A model generated the notes under the pieces. The model saw only the letters and a list, made by a program, of their open reading frames with translations. It was not told the origin of the DNA and searched no databases. Positions 19,586-29,337 of a stretch of DNA of 64,000 nt are shown piece by piece. Source of the stretch: Cyanobacteriota bacterium (GTDB lineage Bacteria > Cyanobacteriota > Cyanobacteriia > PCC-6307 > Cyanobiaceae); NCBI GenBank assembly GCA_046052125.1, contig JBJOMY010000003.1:1-64000 (forward strand). The letters run 5' to 3'. Position 1 is the first letter of the stretch; every line of letters starts with the position of its first letter. Both the position numbers and the translations under genes were made by a program.

Positions 19586-22282
19586 CTATAGGTAATTCTT
19601 ATAGAGCTGAAACAAATAGGTCATTCTGGCAGCCTCAGATTCAAACTTGAGACTGCCGTATGCCTTGTCTACCACTCGATCTAATGCCTGATGAGCTTTG
19701 CTGAGAATGGCCGGCATTGTAAGGGGATCGTAGAGCTGGGCAAGACTTGAACCCGGAAATGAAGCACGAGCATCCAGAAGCGCCTGAGCGGCTGTCTCTA
19801 CAGCTTGTTTCTGCTTCTCGCCAGGATTAAGCGGCCAGGGGAAGTTGTTGTAGACGATGCCCACGGAATAGCGATAGTCACTCTTGAGCCGGCCGCATAC
19901 AGTGCGCATCCAGGCATTGTGCATTAGCGAAGAGAGTATGCCAAAATGATATAGAGTTGCATTTGGAAGTACCTTGACCAGATTGCTGCACATCGTTGGC
20001 GGGTTCTCAAATCCGATGGGTAAATAGTATCGCCGTTCTGAGGAGGCTTCAGGAATGACCAGGAAAGAACTAGTAGGAAAGTTTTCTACATGAAAACGCG
20101 TTGGAGTGGATGCAAGCTTCTGAGTCGGTTTACTTTTGCTTGCTAGTCGAAATTGCTGCACAGCCTTAACTCTTTTTAGTGCTTCAGGCATGGCCTGCAG
20201 TTGAGCTGGCGAGCAGTCGCCGAGCCATAGGCACCATCGCTCATAGCCGTTGAGAAACTCATGGGCTCCGATCCAGCGATGAAAGCAAGGTGTGGCCAAG
20301 GGCTCCAGCTGAAGAAATAAATCACGTTCTTCGCGAGTGAAGAGATAATGACCTCCATCTATTGGTTTATTGCCAATCGCAATGTGCGGCACTGCGCAGA
20401 GGGGCTTGCTGCGGTTGAACAATGTGAGACTTGGCCCGTCCACAAGGTACGGATTAATTGTCTTAGCCTGGCTTCGCAATGGCTCGCCTTTAATGTCATC
20501 GTAGGAAAACAGCCATTTAGGTGTTATGTCTTCTGCTCCAAAACCCACGATTACACAATGAACGGCGGCCTTGCCTCGCGCTTCATTGCTCCAGCAGAAC
20601 GTTCGATGAGCAAAGAAGATATTCATACCCTGTTGCAGAATCCAGCTCCAGAGCACTCCAACCTGTTCGCCCTGGCAAATAGAGTTGGTAGAAACGAAAG
20701 CACAGCGGCTTTCACTACCAGCAATGAATCTTGCTGCCTTAACATACCAGGCCGCCACAAAATCAAGAAGCCCCGAATTCTTGATACCTCCGAACACAAT
20801 GGCTACATCGGCTTTCTGTTCGACACTTAAGAACTTGGCCCCCACAAAAGGGGGGTTGCCCATCACATAGCTGAATCGGCCAGAAGGAAGCAGAGTCGCC
20901 CAGTCGCATCTAAGTGCATTGCCATGCAGGATCGTGCTGCTGGCCTTAAGTGGGATACGGGCAAAATACATACCGAACTCTTCAGAGATCAACAGATTCA
21001 TCTGATGATCCATCAACCAGAGAGCCACCTGCGCGATTTGCGAGGGAAACTCCTCGATCTCAATGCCGTAGAACTGATCAACATTCAAGCAAATCAACTG
21101 ACTCACATCCAGCACTAACTGGTCCGAGCGGATCAAATGCTTTAGTACTTCTAGCTCCAGCAAGCGCAATTCTCTGTACGCAATGACCAGGAAATTTCCA
21201 CATCCACAGGCAGGATCTAGAAATTTCAGCTCTCTTAGTCGCTGATGGAACTCTGTGAGCCGTTTTGTCTGTCCCTTCACCTTCTCAAACTCTTCCCACA
21301 GTTGATCAAGGAACAGCGGCTTAATCAACTTGAGTATGTTGGCCTCGCTGGTGTAATGGGCACCTAAGTTCCGGCGGGCCGTGCGATCCATGATCGACTG
21401 GAACAATGAGCCAAAAATTGCCGGAGAGATCCGCCCCCAATCCAGCGCGGTGCTATCGAGCAATCCCTGGCGCATGCGTGCATCGAAACTAGCGTGAGGC
21501 AAAATCTCCGCAAATAGCAATCCATTCACATAGGGGAAAGCTGCGAGTTGCTCATCGAGATTCTTTAGGCGCTGATCAGGTGCTGTGTTCAAGACCTGAA
21601 ACAATCCACTGAGCTGCGCGGCCAGATCACTGCCATCTTCCTCAGTGCGCTGTTCAATAAACTCCTGAAACTGCTGCCTCTCGAAGATCCCTGTATCTTC
21701 AGCAAATAAGCAGAAGAGAAGTCGTACCAGATAAAGCTCCAGCTGATGTCCTTCGTAGCCCACCTCCTTCATTTGATCATGAAGGCAGCCCATAGCTTCG
21801 GCTGCCTGGATGTTGACCGGATCCTGCTCGCGAATTCGATGCCGCTGATAGCCAGCGATGAAGCCAAAAAGCTTCACGTTTTTATAAAAGTCTCTAAGAG
21901 CAAACTCATGCTGCTCATTTTCCTCCAAGTCGTAAAGACGAAATCTGCCAAAGTCTGAAACGAGGATGTATCTTGGCAGATCACGTTCGGCAATCCCTGG
22001 AAAATAATCGAGGGCTTGAGTGTATGCGCGATCGAGATCCTTGCCCCGAGACTTGTGCTCAACTAGTAGTGTTCCCTTCCAGAAAAGGTCGATAAACCCT
22101 CGTCGATCCCCCAGCTTTTTTACGGGCTCTTCAAACGAAGCTACCCGCTTGCGGCTGATACCAAAAACATAGAAGAAGCCATCCCAGAATGATTTCGCCT
22201 CAGCTTCCTCTGAGGTCTCATCTGCCCATTCTTTTGAGAAAGACAGTGCCCTGCTCTTGATCTCATTCCAACTAATGGGCAT
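19586..22282 (-). CDS. MmeI-like Type IIL/IIG restriction-methyltransferase
   Basis: IDLFWKGTLLVEHKS nuclease motif, GAHYT, FLDPACGCGNF, NPPF, C-terminal TRD (KSDYRYS, LYDPLTMP); low GC. Confidence 0.92.
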   Translation of the reverse strand: MPISWNEIKSRALSFSKEWADETSEEAEAKSFWDGFFYVFGISRKRVASFEEPVKKLGDRRGFIDLFWKGTLLVEHKSRGKDLDRAYTQALDYFPGIAERDLPRYILVSDFGRFRLYDLEENEQHEFALRDFYKNVKLFGFIAGYQRHRIREQDPVNIQAAEAMGCLHDQMKEVGYEGHQLELYLVRLLFCLFAEDTGIFERQQFQEFIEQRTEEDGSDLAAQLSGLFQVLNTAPDQRLKNLDEQLAAFPYVNGLLFAEILPHASFDARMRQGLLDSTALDWGRISPAIFGSLFQSIMDRTARRNLGAHYTSEANILKLIKPLFLDQLWEEFEKVKGQTKRLTEFHQRLRELKFLDPACGCGNFLVIAYRELRLLELEVLKHLIRSDQLVLDVSQLICLNVDQFYGIEIEEFPSQIAQVALWLMDHQMNLLISEEFGMYFARIPLKASSTILHGNALRCDWATLLPSGRFSYVMGNPPFVGAKFLSVEQKADVAIVFGGIKNSGLLDFVAAWYVKAARFIAGSESRCAFVSTNSICQGEQVGVLWSWILQQGMNIFFAHRTFCWSNEARGKAAVHCVIVGFGAEDITPKWLFSYDDIKGEPLRSQAKTINPYLVDGPSLTLFNRSKPLCAVPHIAIGNKPIDGGHYLFTREERDLFLQLEPLATPCFHRWIGAHEFLNGYERWCLWLGDCSPAQLQAMPEALKRVKAVQQFRLASKSKPTQKLASTPTRFHVENFPTSSFLVIPEASSERRYYLPIGFENPPTMCSNLVKVLPNATLYHFGILSSLMHNAWMRTVCGRLKSDYRYSVGIVYNNFPWPLNPGEKQKQAVETAAQALLDARASFPGSSLAQLYDPLTMPAILSKAHQALDRVVDKAYGSLKFESEAARMTYLFQLYKNYL

Positions 22283-22428
22283 AGGGCTCACTCTGAATTT
22301 GACTAGAAAGCATTTGTTGTATTCTAATCGCGGTGCCGAATAGCCGCCATGCAGCAACCCTTGTTTGGGGTCACTAATGCATTGTTAGCTTTGAGGTGCT
22401 AACGCTGGAGATGAGCGGCGAGTAGGCG

Positions 22429-22851
22429 TCACTTCACGCTATGTACGGTCAGCCAGGCCAACGCAAGAACGATTAAAGCGATCGGCAAGTAGTACATGAC
22501 GAGCGTTCCTGAGAGCATTGCACCAACCCATGTATTACGGGGCTGCCTCTTGAACTTGCGCGTGTCCATTGAGAAGTCAATCTGCACTTCGTCGAGTGTG
22601 CGCACATGATCGTAAAGAGCTCGAAAACATCGCTCTTGTGCGAGGAAGTACCCGGCGAGAGTCCAAAACACAAGCAATGGAAAGTAAGCGAGCATGACGT
22701 AAATTGTATTGGCGTCCTTCGCTGCTAGAGCAAACAGCGCGGCGATGAGAGTAACAGTCCACCCCTTCAGCAGAAATAGGTTCCCCGCCATGCGGTTGAT
22801 AGTCGTTTGCAGGAACTCAAGGTGCTTGTGCTTGTCGCTGTACTGGCGCAT
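22429..22851 (-). CDS. TIR-associated membrane protein (about 3 TM), putative defence effector
   Basis: KHLEFLQTTINRMAGNLFLLKGWTVTLIAALFAL...ERCFRALYD; alternative GTG start at 22878 overlaps TIR stop. Confidence 0.8.
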   Translation of the reverse strand: MRQYSDKHKHLEFLQTTINRMAGNLFLLKGWTVTLIAALFALAAKDANTIYVMLAYFPLLVFWTLAGYFLAQERCFRALYDHVRTLDEVQIDFSMDTRKFKRQPRNTWVGAMLSGTLVMYYLPIALIVLALAWLTVHSVK

Positions 22852-22874
22852 GAGTATCGACGTGTCTTTGGGGG

Positions 22875-23315
22875 TCACCGGCCAGCGGCCCTCGCTGCTT
22901 CCTCGATCCACTCCCCCATATTGTTGAAGCCATCGTCCTTCTTCCAGAGGTAGAACTTGTACCCCTTGGGGATTTCCCCGCATCGATAGGACGTATTGCC
23001 GTCAAAATCTTTGATTTTGCTGACGTCTATCCCTAGCAGGCCATTTCCTCTGGCGATGCTCTGTTCGATCTCGTATTTGACCCATCGACTTGAACAGGTC
23101 TTGGCGCCCACAAGGACCACGGTGACAGATGTGTTCAGCAGCTGTCCGTCAATCCAACGCTTGATTGCGGAATCGCCTTGCCGTTTGATTGACTCAAAGT
23201 CAGCGGCATCTACAAAGCCAGCGGCCTGGCGCCCCTGGGTCACCCAGCTATTGCGAACGACCATCGCGCGGGATACATCGAGGTACTTGAAGCTGAAGAA
23301 AACGCGTCTAGCCAA
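22875..23315 (-). CDS. TIR-domain protein (ThsB/MTH538-like, DUF1863)
   Basis: RRVFFSF, IKRWID.QL..TSVTVVLVG, RWVKYEI with catalytic Glu. Confidence 0.92.
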   Translation of the reverse strand: MARRVFFSFKYLDVSRAMVVRNSWVTQGRQAAGFVDAADFESIKRQGDSAIKRWIDGQLLNTSVTVVLVGAKTCSSRWVKYEIEQSIARGNGLLGIDVSKIKDFDGNTSYRCGEIPKGYKFYLWKKDDGFNNMGEWIEEAARAAGR

Positions 23316-23791
23316 TTTTGACTTTGCATTCGTAACTGACTATCAAATTCTAGCGTTGCTCTTGTTCGGCGCTAGGGGCGGTGTCTTGTATGCCGTAACA
23401 CCACTTAAAACGTCAGTGTAAGCCCTCTCAAGCCCATCTGAGTCCACCTGGAAAGGATAAACACACTCAGGCATTTTCCTGGGAGGCCTTTTCTCTGCTG
23501 GGCGAGGATCTTGCCCGGCTCCGCAGAAGCTACTTCAAAGCAGATCTGCCTGGCTTGGGACACCCGCTGGTTCAAGGCGAGCAACAAGCGTGAGTCTTAG
23601 TAGATTCATCTCGATGTGACCGAGCTAATCCTGAATGGTGAGGATGTCGGATCCAAGTCTCAGCACATGGCTAGTAAAACAGCGCCCGAATTTAAGGCAG
23701 CTAGCCAGGTTGGAGATCCCAGTCCTTCGGTCGGCGTCTTTAGCTATGCGCTAAATCACATTTGGGTCGAGGTGGTGTCTGTCGCTCCTGC

Positions 23792-24082
23792 TCACCTCTC
23801 CTTCAGCATCACCCCCTCCCTAAGCATGGTGACCCGATCCACCGCCACCTGCTCCACCGTTAGGTGGCTGCGGCGGAGTTCCTGCACCAGGGCACACTCA
23901 AGCTGCTCTCCTTCCAGCCAGGCTGGGACCCACTGGGTTCGGCTCATGGACAGCCAAGCCGGCCAACGCTCGGTCACGGTGTCACCGGCGGTGGTTCCCG
24001 CCACCCAGACCGTGGCGGTCTCGCCTTGCTGCAGCACGCGGTAGTGCACTCGCAGCTTGTTGTGGGGGAGGGTTGCGTTCAT
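23792..24082 (-). CDS. Hypothetical protein
   Basis: ATG overlaps Nif11 gene stop. Confidence 0.6.
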   Translation of the reverse strand: MNATLPHNKLRVHYRVLQQGETATVWVAGTTAGDTVTERWPAWLSMSRTQWVPAWLEGEQLECALVQELRRSHLTVEQVAVDRVTMLREGVMLKER

Positions 24083-24276
24083 CCCTGAGCCGCCTGCTCC
24101 TGTTCCAGCTGCTCCTCCTCCCATGCACGCTGCAGATCGATCCGCGTGATCCGATAACCGAGGCGCCGTGCCGCAAGGATCAGCTCCTTGCGTGAGCGGC
24201 AGTGCTTGAGCGCTCGTTGCAGGGCGGCGTCAGCCTCCACATCGTCCACAAAACGCTCCAGCTCGGACCAGCTCAT
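24079..24276 (-). CDS. Nif11-like leader peptide family protein
   Basis: MSWSELERFV..VEADAALQ..L...ELILAARRLGY.IT..DL. Confidence 0.85.
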   Translation of the reverse strand: MSWSELERFVDDVEADAALQRALKHCRSRKELILAARRLGYRITRIDLQRAWEEEQLEQEQAAQG

Positions 24277-24373
24277 CGGAGGGAACGCCCTGGGTCTCTC
24301 ACCATGCCAAGGGTGTCTGAGCTGCGCCAGGTTCCGTGGAACACACTGCGCCAGACCCAGCGTCAGCGCTGAG

Positions 24374-24417
24374 AAAACCGGCCGGGAGACCGGCCGGCGG
24401 GAGGCGGAGCCTCCCGA
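24374..24417 (-). terminator. Tandem hairpins with T-run
   Basis: CCGGCCGG-GAGA-CCGGCCGG and CGGGAGGC-GGA-GCCTCCCG downstream of 24424-24639. Confidence 0.5.
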
Positions 24418-24423
24418 GCTGGC

Positions 24424-24639
24424 TCAGATCACCGAGACGGTGGTGCCTTTACGGCCCTGGAAATAACGGGCCATCGCATAGGCACTTTCAGCGGGGATCA
24501 GGCGGAGCTTTTTGACCGGCTTGCCGCGGCGACCGATCGGGGTGGTGATCCGCTCATGGCCATAGGCCTTGATGCCATCGGGATAGGTGTGCAGCACCAG
24601 GAAGCGGATCTCGCAGCAGGGAGCGGTGGGGCGTGCCAT
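24424..24639 (-). CDS. Small basic hypothetical protein
   Basis: MARPTAPCCEIRFLVLHTYPDG... Confidence 0.65.
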   Translation of the reverse strand: MARPTAPCCEIRFLVLHTYPDGIKAYGHERITTPIGRRGKPVKKLRLIPAESAYAMARYFQGRKGTTVSVI

Positions 24640-25103
24640 GGAAGGAAAAGGCGTAGAACACCCCGACCGAGGCCCGCTGGGGCAGAGGCGGCAAGGACTG
24701 CGCAGCAGCCCGGCCTGATCCTTGCCGCCTCTGACGCAGTGGGCACGCTGGGAGGGTCCACGCCGCTTCCATGGCACGCGCCGCCGCGGCTGTGTGGTGA
24801 GCCGAGCGCTGGTGCGGACCGTCAGGGGGGATCCAGGCCGGCGGGTGTTGGCGGATCACCAAGGGTGAGCAGTCCGCAAGATGCATCCCACCGGCTCCAG
24901 GCGCACCGCAAGAAGCGCCGCGCCGGGCACCTCCAGGATCGCCCCTGGTCAAGGGCTGACGCGAGGCGAGCTGACTGGTTGGTTTGGCGCGATCGCCCCG
25001 GCGGTGCCGGTGCTCACCGCGCATCGGCGGATGGACTCGCCCCTTGACTGGCGGGGCGGTCCTGAAGGCGTCCCGTCGCTGCGCCGTAGGGCGTCAGAGC
25101 GTC

Positions 25104-25379
25104 ATGGCTACGCATGTTCTGGGGTATGGCCCCGAGGATCCGGTTGGTCTGGTGGAGTCTTGCTATCGGGCCGTGGAGTGGATCCTTGCCACCCATGCCG
25201 CCAAGGGGGCATTGATCCCCAGGCCCTGGATCGATCACCCCTATGGGGAGGAGGAGATCACCCTGCTCGAGGAGGAGCTGCTGCCAGCGATGGCGGTGTT
25301 CCTCGCTCGGGTTGATGCGATTGATCGGGCGATTGAGGCTGATCAGGAGCTCGAGGTGGCTGCCCACCAGGCCCGCTGA
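25104..25379 (+). CDS. Hypothetical protein
   Basis: MATHVLGYGPEDP...; diverged copy of its 3' end at 27520-27608 keeps the frame and stop. Confidence 0.75.
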   Translation: MATHVLGYGPEDPVGLVESCYRAVEWILATHAAKGALIPRPWIDHPYGEEEITLLEEELLPAMAVFLARVDAIDRAIEADQELEVAAHQAR

Positions 25380-25494
25380 GGGCCAGGCCGGCGGTGGCCG
25401 GCCTTTTCTGCTGCTCCCGTAGCCACGTCAGCCGGGCGGACAGCAGGGTTTCCTCTCAGGAGTGCAGCCGCTGAAGGGATGCTTCCCAACACGG

Positions 25495-27198
25495 TTAAAC
25501 GACCGCAGACTCGTGGATACATCGAACCGAAACATGTTCGGCATCGACTCCTGCCTGGATCACTAGACCGCCGAGTCGCAGATCTCCGCTTGCACTGGAT
25601 CCAGCCAGCAGGGAGCCCAAACTCTGCTGCGCACCAAGAACACTCCCTTCCGGCAGCTCTAAGCCAAAGAACCCACAGAGCTGCTCCAGGCTGGTGTTCG
25701 CATGGAAGCTGAGCTGCAGATCGGGCTGAATTACAGGCGGTTCAGGATCGGGCTCAAACAAGCGATTGATCAAGGGTTCCAGGCTCATCCGCATCGCCAC
25801 GAAGACATGATCACCGGGCATCAACAGCGTTGTGCCCCGAGGCATGACCACGTCGCGCCCACGCACGATCAGCGAGACAACAACGCCGTCCGGTAAAGCC
25901 AAATCACGCAATCTCTGCCCCGCGACGTAGGTGCGAGGTTTAACCGTGTAGTCAAGGATTTCCCCATCCACCTGCCGCAGGGCGTTGATCTCAACAGACA
26001 GGGCTGGGGTGGGATCGGCCGGGCGACCGATGTTGAGCCAGCGAGCCACCAAGGGCAGCGACCAACCCTGGGTGATCGCGGAGACGAGCACCACAAAGAA
26101 CACCGCATTGAAGATCAGCTGGCTCTGTGGCACGCCGGCCATCAGCGGGAAGGTGGCCAATGTGATCGGTACGGCTCCTTTCAGCCCAACCCAGGAGAGG
26201 AAGGTGAGCTCACGGCGGCGAAACCGAAACGGCCAGGCGGACGTCCACACAGCCAGGGGCCTGGCAATGAGGATGAGCACGATCGCAATCAGCAGTCCTT
26301 CCCAGGCCACTGCCAGTAGCCGGCTGGGAAAGCTGAGCAGACCCAACATCACAAACAACACGATCTGTCCCAACCAGGCGATTGCGTCGTGGAAGGAAAA
26401 GATGCCGCGCCGGAACACGATCGAGCTGCTGCCCAACACGATCCCGGCGATATAAACCGCCAAAAATCCACTGCCACCGAGCACCGCTGCCACGCCAAAG
26501 GCCACCAGGCCAAAGGCGAGCGCCAGCAGTGGGTAGAGGCCTGGATAAGCGAGATTGATGCGGTTGATCGCTGTTGTGGCCAAGCGGCCAACACCGAGGC
26601 CCGCGAGTGCTCCCACACCGAATTGGGTGAGAAATAACGCCAGTAATTCCTGGGTGCTATCGGCACCACCGGTGATGATTTGGATCAGCCCCAGGGTGAG
26701 AAAAATCGCCATCGGATCATTGGATCCGCTTTCCACCTCAAGCGTGGAGGTCAATCGATCCGGCAGTTTCAACCCGCTGGTGCGGAGCACGGAAAACACA
26801 GCCGCCGCATCGGTGGAGCCCACGATGCTGCCCACCAAGAGGCCCTGCAGCAGAGGGAGTTTGAGCACCCACGCGGCGGCCAGGCCCGTGAGCAGTGAAG
26901 TGATCAGTACGCCCAGGGTGGAGAGGGCCATGGCTGGACGCCATACCCGCTTAACGGCGGCCAATGAGGTGCGCAGGCCGCCGTCGAACAGGATCAACGC
27001 CAGAGCAACGCTGCCAACGCTGTTGGCCAGGTCGTAGTTCTCAAATGGAATCCTGCCGAGCCCCTCGGAACCGGCAAGCATTCCGACGGATAAGAACAGA
27101 ACCAGAACGGGAACACCTAGCCGGGCCGAGAATTTGCTGGATGCAATCCCAAGCAGCAAAAAGATGCCCGCTGCCAGGATGGCGAGGTTGATAAACAC
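25495..27198 (-). CDS. nhaP2: K+/H+ antiporter (NhaP2/CvrA family) with RCK_C domain
   Basis: ILFDGGL, GSTDAAAVF, EVESGSNDP, WVGLKGAVPI.LA. Confidence 0.92.
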   Translation of the reverse strand: MFINLAILAAGIFLLLGIASSKFSARLGVPVLVLFLSVGMLAGSEGLGRIPFENYDLANSVGSVALALILFDGGLRTSLAAVKRVWRPAMALSTLGVLITSLLTGLAAAWVLKLPLLQGLLVGSIVGSTDAAAVFSVLRTSGLKLPDRLTSTLEVESGSNDPMAIFLTLGLIQIITGGADSTQELLALFLTQFGVGALAGLGVGRLATTAINRINLAYPGLYPLLALAFGLVAFGVAAVLGGSGFLAVYIAGIVLGSSSIVFRRGIFSFHDAIAWLGQIVLFVMLGLLSFPSRLLAVAWEGLLIAIVLILIARPLAVWTSAWPFRFRRRELTFLSWVGLKGAVPITLATFPLMAGVPQSQLIFNAVFFVVLVSAITQGWSLPLVARWLNIGRPADPTPALSVEINALRQVDGEILDYTVKPRTYVAGQRLRDLALPDGVVVSLIVRGRDVVMPRGTTLLMPGDHVFVAMRMSLEPLINRLFEPDPEPPVIQPDLQLSFHANTSLEQLCGFFGLELPEGSVLGAQQSLGSLLAGSSASGDLRLGGLVIQAGVDAEHVSVRCIHESAVV

Positions 27199-27616
27199 AA
27201 TGCGAACGAGCTAGCGCCGGGCCAAAGCGCTTTCTGATGGCTTGGAGAGACTTTAGATCGGTTCTCTGATGAGCCTGGTGCGCCGTGAATCCAGGCGCAC
27301 ACTCACAAGTGCCGTTGCATCTGCCCACGAGCGGGGCCAGGCCTTAAGGAGCGGATCCCGGGATGCAAGGCCAACCAGCCGAGCACCCCAAGAAAACCAA
27401 GGAGGAGAAGGGCAATCCAATCATTCTTTTTCAGCATGACTAGATGCGTGGGCTTGTCACTGTCACAGCTGCCTCGATCTGGAGTGGCAGCAATCATTCT
27501 CCAACGCGGGAATCAGGTCATTGAGGCCAGTCAGGACGCTGCGGTGGCAGCTCATCAGGCCCGTTGAGGGGTAGGCAAGCCATTGCCGGCCTTTTCTGGT
27601 GCTCCCGTTGGGCGGG

Positions 27617-28525
27617 TCAAGCAGCAGCGCTCTGCGCCAGGAAGCCCTCAATCCAGCGCTGATGGCGGCTGGTGGTGATCAACCCCGCCAGGGATGGCAC
27701 GGCATCAGGCACCTGGAAGGCAGCGCGAAAGCCCCTGGAGAAGGCCTCGAGTTGAGCAGCGGGCAGAGCCTTGATCTGCTCCTGTAGCCGGGTGATGGCG
27801 GCAGGTTGAAGGGGAGCATCAGTCATCCCAGAACTGGGATGTTTGGTTCCGCTGGGAACAGGGGCCGATGGGGCGGCAGCTGCGCTGCTCACCTGGCGCT
27901 GCTGCTTGTCGTAGAGCGCAAGGCCAAAGGGGTTCCCGAAGGTCATCAGCGCCCGCTTGGTGGCATCGGTTTCGGCTTCCTTGAGAGCCGATTCATGGGC
28001 CAGTCCCAGGTCAGCATCGATGCCATGGCCAGCTCCGGAGCCCTCACGGATGAGGGTGCGGTTGCCGGCGGTGATGGTGATACGCACGCGGGCGATGTAG
28101 GTCACGCCCCAGCCGCTTTTGCGATCACGGCCCACGCTCTTGGCGCCGATCTGGCGCTCGTGTTCGGCCACACAGCGGCTGATCAGGGTGGAGCGCTCCC
28201 AGCCGTCAAAACCAAAGATGCGGTTGGCTTCTGCAATCACCTGCCAACCCTCGAGGTAGCTCACGCGGCTACGGCCCTGCTCCCGCTGGCGCACGTTGGC
28301 GCGATCGAGCGGAGCCGAAAGCGCCGCCACCTGCCGCTCACTAAATCCGGCGGTGCCGGAGGCACTTTCTCGATGGGCTGTTGCAGGTACGGGCGCGGGT
28401 TGAGCAGCGGTTTCCTGGCTCAGGGATTCGCGCAGCAACTGAAGCGTTGATGGCGGCCGATTGGATGCGCTGCGGCGAACGAGAGCCGAGTGAGTAGTGG
28501 CTGTTGCTGTGGATGTGATGGCCAT
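27617..28525 (-). CDS. Rad52/Rad22-family single-strand annealing protein
   Basis: YLEGWQVIAEANRIFGFDGW, REGSGAG, ALKEAETDATKRAL..FGN..GL.LYDK. Confidence 0.92.
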   Translation of the reverse strand: MAITSTATATTHSALVRRSASNRPPSTLQLLRESLSQETAAQPAPVPATAHRESASGTAGFSERQVAALSAPLDRANVRQREQGRSRVSYLEGWQVIAEANRIFGFDGWERSTLISRCVAEHERQIGAKSVGRDRKSGWGVTYIARVRITITAGNRTLIREGSGAGHGIDADLGLAHESALKEAETDATKRALMTFGNPFGLALYDKQQRQVSSAAAAPSAPVPSGTKHPSSGMTDAPLQPAAITRLQEQIKALPAAQLEAFSRGFRAAFQVPDAVPSLAGLITTSRHQRWIEGFLAQSAAA

Positions 28526-28608
28526 GGTGAGGAATCGAGTGTGTGTGGAGTGAGGAAAGAAAGTGGGGCCCGCCACTGCAAAACCCCATTGCGAAGGGGC
28601 CTATGGCC

Positions 28609-29262
28609 TCAGGTGATGGACCAGTGGCGGCGTTTGATAAGGCGTGCGCCGGGGATGGCGGTTGAGGAGAGGGAGAAGGCGAGGTGAGCGGCTTCTGCTT
28701 TGGGGAGGCCGGAGGTGGCGGTGGATATGAGGGAGCGAATGCGGGCCTTGATCGAGGTTTTGTTGGGCGTGGTGGTGGTTTGGGTGGTTAGGAGGTCTGG
28801 GGGGAGGAGATCGGGGTCATCGATCTCGATGGCTTCTGTGGTGCGGGATGTGAGGTGGTGATCGGTGAGGTGATGGGAGGTGGCGGAGGGATCGAGGCGG
28901 GAGAGCAAGTGGATGAGGGTGGATTCGAGGGCATCAGCGCGGTTGTCTTCTCGCTTGGCCAGGGCTGAGAAGCGCTTGGATTGCGAGGAGTGGTAGCTGG
29001 CTTCTGCGCGCAGGCGTTCGATCACCCAGCAGGTGGCATCGGCCTTGCGGATGAAGGCCTCGCGTTTGTCGTCCTCCAGGGCCAGGGATTCCTCGAGATC
29101 GGCAATGGCCAGTGCGCGTTCGTCGTCGTCCTCGGTGTCGAGGCGCTCAGAGAGACGGGCGATCCAGTGGGTTTCAGCCTGGAGATCAGTGCCGAGCTCC
29201 CAGAGGGTGGGCAGCTGCGGGGTATCGGCCGGAGGGGTGGTGACGGGAATGGCAACAGACAT
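28609..29262 (-). CDS. Siphovirus Gp157-like protein
   Basis: Coiled coil, IEIDDPDLLP, PNKTSIK, IPGARL; next to annealing gene. Confidence 0.7.
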   Translation of the reverse strand: MSVAIPVTTPPADTPQLPTLWELGTDLQAETHWIARLSERLDTEDDDERALAIADLEESLALEDDKREAFIRKADATCWVIERLRAEASYHSSQSKRFSALAKREDNRADALESTLIHLLSRLDPSATSHHLTDHHLTSRTTEAIEIDDPDLLPPDLLTTQTTTTPNKTSIKARIRSLISTATSGLPKAEAAHLAFSLSSTAIPGARLIKRRHWSIT

Positions 29263-29337
29263 GTGTGTGGGTGTGAGGAGGATCAGTGGGTTGAAAGGTG
29301 GGGCTCCGGCGAGCGAGCAGAGCCCCATCGCAAGCGG

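Noticed and set aside
19350..23790. Flanking repeats around the defence cassette
   Set aside because: Only a 9-bp match (AGGTGGTGT) found by eye, compatible with chance
28130..28150. Further mini-insertions in Rad52 (IGAKSVG) and helicase (KGQGPE) genes
   Set aside because: In-frame, no similarity to the two IS insertions; needs ortholog alignment
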